Shown piece by piece: positions 27,501 through 39,500 of a stretch of 60,290 bases of DNA. The stretch spans positions 1 to 60,290 of the forward strand of contig JAAILG010001903.1 of assembly GCA_012026655.1 (NCBI GenBank), given 5' to 3'. The position numbers and the translations under genes are program-made. Positions within the stretch are counted from its first letter, which is position 1. The number at the start of each line of letters is the position of its first letter. A model generated the notes under the pieces. The model had not been told where the DNA came from and did not search any database. It saw only the letters and a program-made list of their open reading frames with translations. The DNA comes from Hydrolagus affinis. Taxonomy: Eukaryota.

Positions 27501-30500
27501 TGTGTTCAATATATATATTTTTGGTAAAGAATGAAAGCGGATGAAATTCTAAGAGGAAATACCTGGGACATAGCTATTTATTGTATATTTCTGCTGTTCT
27601 CACTAGAACTTTATATATTCAATACCTGGATAAATCACTATATGTAGATAAACTCAAAATTAATCTGAGATAAAGCATTCAATAATATATAGATCTACAA
27701 ATTAAATCACTGTGTATTTGTGGAATATGAAATACTAAATGAAAGCTTTGAGTGTCAACAAACAGGGAAAAGATCTATAAAACCTACATCATATATATTT
27801 TAAATTTTGTAAATAAAATAGCTTTGAGGCAGAAAATGGAAACATACAATGATGAATTATTTTTACCTTCATCACCATCTGTGTTGTTATGCCACAGCAT
27901 GCAACATGCAAACAAAAAAAATGTTAGGAAGCAGTTTCACTTTTAATATCCATCAGCAAAAAAAACTGCAATGCTGCAAAATAAGCAGGAAAATGCTTTC
28001 CAAGGTTAACCATGTTTAGCACAACGCGCATTTCAAAACAAGAGAATACATGCAAGATCAAAATAAATAAGATAAGGCGGAATAGGTTTTCAGATATTTG
28101 AACGATTAGGTACATATTACACTTACTTTAAAACAAACGATTGTAATCAATGTGCCTAAGTTACTATTTCCACATAGTTCGGTGAATGTAAATAATGCAA
28201 AGCAAAACAGACACTTCCAATTACCAGCTGGGACACAGGGCTCACAGATTTCCATGTCAATGAAGCAAGATTGTTCTGCTAAACTATTATACTGCTTGAT
28301 AAGGTGACTGGAATATTTTGCAAGGCAGCTGAACAAAATCCCAAATACATGGAGCATTTTCAAAGAAATTGGGTCACGTCACTTTCTTCAGCAGTGAAAA
28401 TCCAATTTTCTTGCACGAAAGTATTGCACAGTGCATATTAAAAAAAAGTATGCTGCACTTAACAAACCCTTAAGATGTGAACAATTTTAAATTGTTAAGA
28501 TATATTGTACACTTTTCTTTAGCATTCTAGAAATGTGAATTAGGATAGGCTGTGTATCTAACAACACATAGTTTTAGTGCCCTCATGTGGGCAGGTTTTT
28601 AAACTCACAGGTCAACAACATCAAGACTGAAGGAAGCCTCTTTAGGATTCTGAATCTGTGTTACATTTGGACAAACATAAAATTAAGAAAATTATCTCTT
28701 TTCACCCCAAAACTACCAGTACTTCACCCTTATTCCTGGAGACAAAGGATTGACAGACCATTTAACAACGGGCATCATTGCCAAGCAAAATCTTATTCTC
28801 ATCTAACATCCAAAATCTGCTGTTTCTAAGCATGCATACAAGATTTTCCCAAGCAGCTAGCTGCTACACAAGCTGATATGTTTAAACTGCAAAAAAAAAT
28901 CCTAATTCTAAAGTGTTTTATTCTCTCATATAGTCTACATCATCCAGGCAAACTACAAAGCAATATTGCTAATTATGTTAAAATGCATTTGCAAATATAA
29001 GAGAATGTTCTTAGCTCAGACAAGTGCCAATTAGTGTATATGCCCTTTATACTGCTTAATGAAATTCTACAAGGAAAGCATTCAAGCTTTTATTTCTACC
29101 CTGTAGCAGAATGTAATGTGATTCTGAAGTGCAATATTTAATTTATATTTGAAATACATATATTGTAAGCCACTTCAATATGCAAAGCAAAACTGCAAAA
29201 GATACTCACAATAAAAATTGTTATTTCCTTAGCCAATATCCAGGGTTGGTGACAGTAACAATATAATAATCCGTGCATTTGATACATCAGGGGGGCATCT
29301 CAAAGCATTTCACATGGTTACTGTATTTTTCCACAAACAGTCATAAAGTGAATGACTATTTCATCTGCAGGATTCCTTGTTAATCTAATAAAACCCTAAA
29401 AATATTCTACGGTCATTGTCCAAATGGTAATGGCTAATTTGTTTCATGTCCTGAATTGAATGATCCCTTGGAATTTTCCCTGAAATGCAAAGCAATGATT
29501 CACTAAGGCCAATCTACTTTGGCTAGTGTGGGCGTTCTCGAAAGGCCTTTGAGAGAAAATCAGCAGGTTTGAAGGTCGGAACAAGAGAGAAAGACCCAAC
29601 ATAGTTTTTTTCTGTAATGTGAAAAAGGGACTATCTGTTGATAAAACTTTCCCTTACAGTACTTCTATTTTAAATAAATACTTTTAAGGTCTGTTATGTA
29701 AACAAAAATTTAAACTATTATATGTATAGTATTTCGAATTTAGAATTAAAAGCATCTAACTTTAATTGGAAAAGGAGCTGGTAAGATTGTTGACGTATTT
29801 CCAACTTTATTTTGTGCAGTGTGGCTTTCTGGTGTTTTATCATCAGTCCAGGCTATTCTAAGTCTGATTGTCTATACCTATGTAATCAGTGCTTACCCAG
29901 CATAAGAACAGAAGGAACTGAGATTTGTTGCAACCATGAAAAGGCTGCTGGAGGTAATTCGATGAGAGAAGTCAAATAATCATAAATTTGTGACAGTCAT
30001 AACAACAGTTAGCTATAGCTTATTTGACACATGAAAGTCAATCAGTTGAATAATTTCAAATGTTAGTGTTTTAACTATATGACATTTGTGGTGTCCTGTA
30101 GCTTATTGGTTAGAGCTTACCTCACATGCAAGAAAACCTGAGTTCCATTCCTGGGTGCGGCAAAAGATTAGGCAAATTTATTTGCTTTACATACTTCTGT
30201 TTACCAAGCAGTAAGTAGGAACCTGGTTGTTCGTTGGATGGGAGGTCGCTTTGCCAGGGATAATAATGCCTTCAAAATAATAAGAATTTGGTCACTCATT
30301 CTATGACTGTTTGTGGAACACTGTTGTGCGCAATTAGCACTCACAAATTATACAGTCAATTCACTTTACAGTATACTCTGTGAAGTGCTTGGAGATGTCT
30401 AAGACTTGATAAGGCTCTCTATCAAATGCAAGGATTATGTGAAATAACATGTGAGCAAAAGAACAGCATCATACTAGAGAGGGTATAAAGAAGAACAATC

Positions 30501-33500
30501 GAGTGGATCCCAGGGTGTAATGTTGTAAAGAATGTGCTGTCAACTGGATGCACTGTAGTTTTAATTGCAGAAGATTACAGATGAACATTATCCAAGTCCT
30601 TATTAATGAAGAGAGACACAAATAATGTAATGAAAGCAGGTTATTGAACTTGAACAATGATGGCTGACATGAGTAAAAAAACTGTCAAGCCTCAAGCAAG
30701 ACTACAGATTAGAAGTTATTTTTCCATCCACAGAGCAGCAGATGTTTGGAACAGAATTCTATCAAAAGCAATTAATGTTATGTTGATAAACGTCTTTAAA
30801 GGGGAGCTCAAAGAAATATCTTGTGTGGAGTGGAATTGAAGGTTATAAGTTTAGACATAAGGGAATAAACATTCTGTGGAGCACTGTGGCTCCAATCTTT
30901 TTAGGATCATAGTGATAACATCCATGGAATAGCATTAGTTAGGGTGGGACATAAATTCTGATGATAACCTAGAGTTATGCTAATTAAATTACATCTGGCT
31001 AAAGTTTTTATACATGGTGCAAATATAATTCTGTTGAGGTTTGTTTTGCTAGCCACCCAGCTGTGCTACACTGTAAACAAGATAGTTTAAAAATTAATCT
31101 GCGTACTACCTGGAGCAATTTGCAATGAAGCAGATGGAGAAAACATTATTAAACAGAGATTAGACAGCTGTGACAATACCAATCAAAAGTCTTACTTAAA
31201 TTATTAGCAAATGTCATTTTCTCCAATTAATTGCTGCGAGGGAAACGGAAGAGTGTTTGGTGATTCTGTGCTGTACCCTCCACCTCCATATGGAAACAAT
31301 TTCCATTTACTTTCAATTCAATTTTAGTCAGATTTATGATTCATTGTGTTATTATTTCAAAGTCCCCCAAATTACAGTACATATTGTTGTACAAAATACT
31401 TCAAGAAGCACATTACTTGCTCTTTCTAATCTGAGCAATGCTATTTTGTAAACAAATCTATTTTGGTGGAAGTTATTGATTTTGCTTCAATTACTGTTTG
31501 TGGCAGAGAATTCCATATTCTATCTAACTATCCATGTAGAGATTTTTTTCCTTAGATTCCCCAAGTTCCGTTTTGGCTTACATTGCATTTACAATTGTTA
31601 GGTATGCAGTTGTAAAATCAATTGAGACTTATCACCATTGCAGTCAGTATGGAACGACCATTGTATCAGCCATAGGACGTGTAACAGTTGTATCGAAATA
31701 GGTAAATGTAAAGAAAATGTAATACAAAGATACTACACGCAATTGCTCATACTGATTTATTCGGAAATTTCTCAATAGCAAGAAGCTGATATACTGAGGT
31801 AGACTGAGAGGTAAATTCCATAATTTTAATGCTTTCCATCAATTTTGACTGTGTTCACAAATTACAAGTCCAAAGATTTTTTCACCTGTGAGTATCTTTA
31901 AGAATATTTAAAACTTTATTTGCATCAAATGTTATTCTATACATGGACTATTTTAAAAATAGCGATTTTGTTTAAAAGAAAAATTTGAAAATATCGATTG
32001 ATGTGTTATCAAAAATTCTCTTCACTGAACTTTAATGTATCCATAATACTCTATAGGTTTATGTTTATTCCAGAACTTCATGATACTTATTCCTTTTGCC
32101 ATGGTTCAAACAACTAAGCAGTGGCATTGCTTCCTAATGATGTCCTTCATGGAGATATTGTGTTGAATTTTAAAAAGATAACCCATCAATTTGAAAGAGT
32201 CACATATTGGCTGTAGAAACAAAACATTCTTTCATGTGCAAGGTACTCAAGCAAGCTGTTATTATAATCTAACCTCGCAACACACATTTACAACTCTAAG
32301 CAGTTGCATTTCTCAAATAATTAATTCTTCATTCCAGCAGTCAATGAACCATGCAGTTCCATGGAGCATGTAATGATCTGTGTCTATCATTATCTGCCTA
32401 ATCTTCAACCCTGTTTGTAAAAGGAATTTGTCCTGCCCGCTTTTGGAAAAAATTCCAAAATACTGTAATTTGTCCATTTGTCAAATTTCATCAACTTCTT
32501 ATTTACATTTCTGCTGTTTCCTGTGAAACAATTCTTAAATACTAAACATTAGTCTGTGTGTTGCAAAATGCTTATTTTGAAACATATAGCATAATTTTAC
32601 AAGGTGCCAGCAAAAAGATAAAGGATGTGGTTGTTGCTAGCCAATAAATAGATGCATGGTAACAAAAACATACCAAAGGGCAGTCATGCAATGGAGGACA
32701 AAAATAACCTTTCCAAATTTGTTTTCTAAAATCACATTGCTAAAGTCCAAAGCACTGATCTGGTCAGTCATAAATTTAACATTTATTTTCAAGTCAAAAG
32801 CTTTTTAAACTTCATTTGCTTGGTTTGAAACTTATCGCAGTTTAAGAAAAATCTCCTCTAGATACATAGAAATTACAACCCACATAATCAGGTATGTGCC
32901 AGTATATCTGTGCAATAATCTCTATTTTAAAATCAAAATATTTCAAGACTACTTTACATGATTAGAAAGCAAGTTACCCAACTGAAATCAAATCTCACAT
33001 TTATCTCAACTCTAAACCACTGAAACGTCCCTCACAACCACTTTAGTAACCACTGAGAGATTGTTTAGGGTTATCAGAATCAATCAGCTTTTCTTGTGGA
33101 TTCCTGATGGTTTGTGACAGATTAAAGTGCTTAGTTTGCACATCAGATTTCTGTACAATTCCATCAATATTTTACTTCTAAGATTTCACTGACAGCAGGC
33201 ATCAGCCTATTCCGTATCCCACATCGTACCCACCCCACCCCTATCGGTGTGTGAGCTTTCAGTCTTTCCGTCTCTCGATTCTGGAATTTCTCTGACTTTA
33301 CCTCTCCCTCTCCTTGTGCAAGGTCCATCTTAAGACCTATAATTTTGACCATGTGTTCAGGCATCTTTTTTCCCCACCCACTGGCATACACCCATAGCTT
33401 GGGTCCAAGTCAGTTCTGTTAAGTGCTTTGGGATGCCTTCTGAACATACAACGCACAGTATAAAATTTTAAATTTGTACTGTTAGATATTCCAGTTGCCA

Positions 33501-36500
33501 TTTGCGTGAACTCCAAACTTGCATTCACTCGATAGGTGCAGGAGCATCAGAAAGCAAAAGGTGAACAGAAAACAATGCGTTTGTAGACTCTCCTTGATAA
33601 TGCTTTCACTTGTAACATACTGTAAAACCCAATTAATATCTGAACTGTTACTGAGTTTCCAGGAAAAAGAATGCTGTCATAGCGCTATGCAAGCACATTT
33701 TGTGCATTAATTAGATCCAATAAAAATTCTACTGTCTGGTTTTTATATTTTATAACAAAGGCAAATATTAATAGCTCATGAAACTAAGTGGGGGAGAATT
33801 ATCAGTGGGAAATCAGACTAACTAAACAGCCATGTGTCCCAGCGTCAGATCTGATAAGCACAATTCAACTGCATATGCATCAAAACTAAAATTACATATG
33901 CATCAAAACTAAAATTAAAACAAAGCAGCAGTAAGTTATTTATAGATGAAACTTGAACTATATACATTTATTATACTTTTATATTTACATAATAGTAGAG
34001 ACATTTGTTATAATAGCTCTGGGTATTGCATAGGGCCATTAGTAAAATAATTGTAAAGACATTCAAAATAGTTTTTAGAAGTCACTTGTTAAAATGTAAA
34101 TGATCTACACAGTACCTTTCGTGGCTCCTGCTGCCCCCAAGTGGTAGATGGCGCCCAAGATATGCCAGAATGCTTTTTGTTCATCAACTGAAATTCCCAG
34201 TACTTTCATAGCAACCTGGAGTTTGTTAAATTGTTGAGCTGCCTTCTGTTTCTCTTCAGGCTGGAGACAATTAAATACTCTCAGTAATTTTTAATAAAAT
34301 GTCATATTCAAGGATTTTTCCACTTCTAAATTTATAATCAGGCAAATAAATCTGGGCTTCACCCAGAAATCATCTTAACCTGTCGACAAAGTGATCAGTA
34401 TCTGCACATACAAAACTGTTGCCAGATTAAGCCATAAATGGCATGATCATGCAGAATAATGGTTGAATTAAGAAGATATTGTATAACCGAGAGTCTGAAG
34501 AGAGTTACAAGATTTTAGATGAAAAGGTGTTGGCAAGGCATCAAAAAAGGGAAGTAATTATCAATGCTACCTCAATTCTGAGATATGCTGCTGACTAGAA
34601 AAACAATCCACCTTGAGCTACTCTTGTATTCCAACTGTACAGTATTCCCTCATTTGATGCTTTCAAGTAATGCCATAATTTAAAATCCTGCTCACTTCTG
34701 AGCCCACATCTCAACTGCAACCCCCTGAGCCCTTCAGCTCAACTGTTTTACATCTAAATCTCAAAACCAATTTATTTTCTCGGTTTTCAATTTACTTCTA
34801 TGACCTGGAATTAGTCCATATCAAACTATTTTGCCTAAATTTATGTAACTGAGCAGCCTTCAAGTTGCAAGAATAGTTGCTGCATGCGAAAATCACCATG
34901 CCTGCTCTTAAATATTCAAGCTTTTGTTATCCTCTCTGAATTCTCCACAAAAAGTTGTGATTTGTACTTTTTAAAGTATATTTCCAAGATAATCTATCAC
35001 TATTGCCAATTTTAATGCAATGAAATCAGGTTTCTTTTCATCTTCCCTTTTTATAGCCCAAATTAGCAGTACACTTATACCTTGGTTGGCTGGATTTGTG
35101 GATGGGGGAGGGGAAGAGAAGGAAGGATGACTTTACAATTAATCATCGTGGGATATATTTAACTGAAGATAGTTAATAATACCTTTGATAATGGTGTAAT
35201 TCCAAACAAACTGTTTTCTACAAAGTGATTCAGGTGAAGCTCAGTTCTGTAAATGGGAAAATAAAAAAAAATTTAGCCGTGGAAGTCATTTGTATTGTTA
35301 AATAACATAAAGGCATAGATTAATTGAAATCAGTTATACAACAGTACCTGAGAGCACTGTCGGCTCCAGCCATCAGGTAATAGAACACATTGAATGTCCC
35401 TTCATTCTCTGGACGCTTAGCAACCCTGAGCTTCTCCAAAAGCATGGTCTATTAAAGAGAAATTTTTTATGTATGTCTTCATAAATCACAACAACATGCG
35501 CTTACATAGAACCCTCCACGCAGGGTCGAGTGCTTAACAATACCGGAGCCGGTGGGGGAGGTGACTATAAGCACAGTCAACAAGGGAGGTTTTTAGGCGG
35601 GACTTGAAGAAAGAGATCACGTTGCTGTTATGGAGGTAGCTTTGTATTTAAAGCTTGCAAAATGGTATGTTCATATCCCTCATTTTTTTTAAAAAAAGGA
35701 ATCCAGATTGAAGGTTGAAATTCTCCAGTCAAGACACTCAAAATATTCTTTGAAGCACCTCTCTTTTTCTCACCTGTACAGAGGCTGAAGCCACCTGACC
35801 AGTCTGGTCAAAGTCAAGCGAGATGATCTGTGAGAAGCGAGTGGCATTGGCATTCATACTTGTACTGCTGTTGCCAAAGGCCTCCAAAATAGAATACACA
35901 GCCTGCCATTTCTCCACTGTGAAGTTCAAACATTGGAAGAGATAGCAATCAATGGAAGTCTCAGTTCAATTTAAGAAGGATACCTATGGTACTAAAAGCA
36001 TAAAAATTATATTTTTACGTAAAAGAAAAACTCTCAAGTTATGGTTCGAATTTGGACTTTACACCTACCCGTGATGAACTTTCCTGTACTGCCTGCAATT
36101 GTGACTAGATACTGAACGAGGTGCTGACTGTTTGTGGTTTTCCCACTGCCAGTTCGTCCCAAAAGAACAATAGATTGGTCCTGTCGTGTCGTAAGCAAGT
36201 TTCGATACGCAGCTTGTGCAACGGCATACACATGCGGAGAAGTATCTTCCCTACGACAACCTTTGAACATGTGCATAACCTATAACAAGAATGCAATCAG
36301 CTTCCATATGCTTGTAAATAAACAGCAAATTTTCTTCCATAGATATATATAAAATATATATACATAATAAGAAATACAGTAAAAGCCTGTTTATCCGGCA
36401 CCCGCGGGACTTGGCCAATGCCGGGTAAAGCGCCTGCCGAATATTCGGGCGGCCCGGGGCCGAAAACCCACCACAAAAAAATTAAAGTTCTTTTAACACA

Positions 36501-39500
36501 CACCATACATACCAGACTAAATAATAACAGAATATTGTATTGGTACTTATTGCTAAAACTACTCTCTTGCGCTTATCACCTTTTACTGATTGAAGTTTAC
36601 AGTCCAGCGATTCTTTTTTAAATGGAGGACGCCAAGCAGGTGAAAAAAACGGCAGCTCGATTTTAAAATCTTGCGACTTTACTAGAGGCAAGCAGATAGC
36701 CCTTGACTCTACTACCGGCAAACTGAAATACTGCACCTGCGCGACAATGTGGGTTATCGGCTAGCATTATCGGCTTGCCGCTAGTATGGCTTTAAAATCG
36801 TGCTCCGTTTTTTTCACCCACTTGGCGTGCTCCATTTTAAAAAGAATTACTGGACTATAAACCTCAACCTTGCAGCATCATGGCTTCAAGAGCAGCAGCT
36901 ACTAGTAAAGGTGAGAAGCGCAAGAGAGTAGTTTTAACAATAAGTACCAATACAACATTCTGTTATTATGTTATTATTTATGCATTTACAAATGCTTCAC
37001 TACTATTGTTCTGGATAAGTTCCGGTTTATCGAATGGGGACTCTTCTTTTGGCTTGCTGGTTATACGGAAGGGCCGGTTCATCGAGTCACAGATAAATGA
37101 GCTTCTACTGTATATAATATATACACACACATTATATATGCAACAAACTTTCAAACATAACGCAAGCAACCAGTCATTCAAAATTGGATCAATTGGTTTA
37201 AACAACAACTTTGATTTATATAGCGCCCTCCACGCCGGACGGCGTCTCAGAGCGTTTCACTGTGTAAGTATTCTGTCACATATGTATGTTTGCCAGTATG
37301 TAACAATTGCACACCAGAAAAAAACAATATTCAAGACATACCTTTTCAGAGTACATTGAAGGAGAGCTGAGCGGATTCACCACAACCATGTTTGGCCCTG
37401 CAAATGTGTGGATCAGGTTACCGCCGTAGCGTTGGCGTAATGTGTGCAGAACACTACACTCATTGAGATACAACAAGGAAGCAAGATCTTCCACTCGGTC
37501 ATAAGTTGGTGGATTTGCCTGTTTAAATACAACAATAATTACTAATGCAAACACAATACATTTGGAGGTGTATGGCGGTGTTGTACCATGATTCATTTGG
37601 CCAATCATTTCCTTGACTCTATGATAAGTCACAACACTTCTGATGTTAAAGCTCTTCGTTATTTGGAAAAGGAGTGTTAAATCTTTATTAACTAATCATT
37701 TAAATGACACAGTTTAGTCATTCTGACTACAATTAGTAAAAGATAGTAAATATTGTTCAACTTAAAAATACCTAGACAGCACAGCCATTTTGGAGTTTAG
37801 AGAGTACAGGCAAAAAGTAAAATGAGAAATAGGGAATTGATGACAAGAAGATTGTATATGGTTGGGGAAGCAGATTGTTTAATGGACAGAATAATCTCTT
37901 CTCGTTTCAAACATGGTGTTCTTGTACCCCAGAACTAATTTGAGACATGAAAAAAAAATACCTTCTCCACATCATCTTCATCCACATCCAGTATTTTTCC
38001 ATCATGGTCCAGTTTAATTTTCACTTTGCCTTCAGGGAGGCTGGATTCTTCAGCATCAGCCGTTAAGTGAGTACCTAGAGAAATAAAAGCCCCTTTAGAC
38101 TTAAAAGACACACCCAAAAAGATTGGACAATTTCTACAATTATACTAAATAAACTTCAGAGATATTAGCTTTGTGTAAATTAAGAATTGGTCTAAGATTA
38201 AAGTAGCTTAACAAACTAGTTACTAGATAATTTTAAAAAATGCATTCATCTGGCATGTTCTGAACATCATATTTGCAGAAATCGACAAGTTGAAAGACCG
38301 AGTGCAATCATAATCCACCCACTCTAACTATTGAATTTATAATTCTAAAATACAACATTAAAACACCTCATCAATTGTTAAGTCATCAGCAAGATGAGTG
38401 CCATCGAAATACTCAAAAATGGTCATCACAAGATATGAATAGTTGCCTTGACCTACAAGTCACCCTAATGTAGTGAAATCTCTGTTCAATTCTCTATTCA
38501 ATTTTCACACAAATGAGATGACGAATACAATTTAGGCACTGCAAGGAGGAAAATCTGACAAATATTCATATGGATGTGAAGGTGCAGGTCAATCATGTTC
38601 ACATGAATTGAGACTTCACAGTGTCAAGAGAATTTCTAGAAAGAGATTTACTAACATGAGAGATTCAATAAATCTATACATCTTGAATATTTTAGGCAAT
38701 AATATTTAGCTATTCGCCAAGTGTTTAGAAATAAAAGTATGCCGGGGGTGGTGGTGGTGGAACTTCTTTCATTGGCCTTGATAATCATTGTAACAGCTCT
38801 GTAGAAATGGAAAATGGTTTCAGATGAAGCTGTCAACATTGAATAAATCTGATACGAGACAGTTCAGGAAGGAAAATAAAATGATAACACAATTTGGAGC
38901 ATAGCTCCCCATATCCTAGACATGCTGGTTTTGCTGCTTGGAAAGCAGGTTATCCTTTTGACGTAGGAACATTGCTGAAAATACTATTTTTAAAATCTGG
39001 AACTTCATTCTTATTCATCCAACGATGGAGAGGAATTATTATCTGGATTACCTAATGAAAATCCATCCTTGTGGGCCAGCCACACCTTATCGGCTTCATA
39101 CCAGGCTTGCTCTACAGCAATCTGCTCCTCTGTCTTCAGCTAGAATTAGAAATTGGACGTCAGTTCGATTAAAATATCAGGCATGCATACATTCTTGTCA
39201 CTCATTATAGACATGCAGTCTCTCTCTCTTACTCACACACTTTAAATAAATGCTGTAGCAAATATAATTTAAGATTTTAGAACACAAAAACATTATATTT
39301 TTACAGCACACACGTCTACCACTAGAGAATTATCTAACACACATTAAGAGAATTACCTAATACACATTGTGAGCAAAGCTATTATAACAGCAGCAACAAA
39401 TTACATTTATTTCCTCCCACATCCCAAGCTACTGGTCAGTTGAGGATTTGCACCCAAGCTGGAAGTTGTTAAATTTAGGAGAATTTAGAAGGACAAAGTG

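Noticed and set aside
36880-37359. 159-aa ORF as a possible transposase
   Set aside because: Spans a MITE end, unique sequence and an L2 tail; no DDE or HTH motif.
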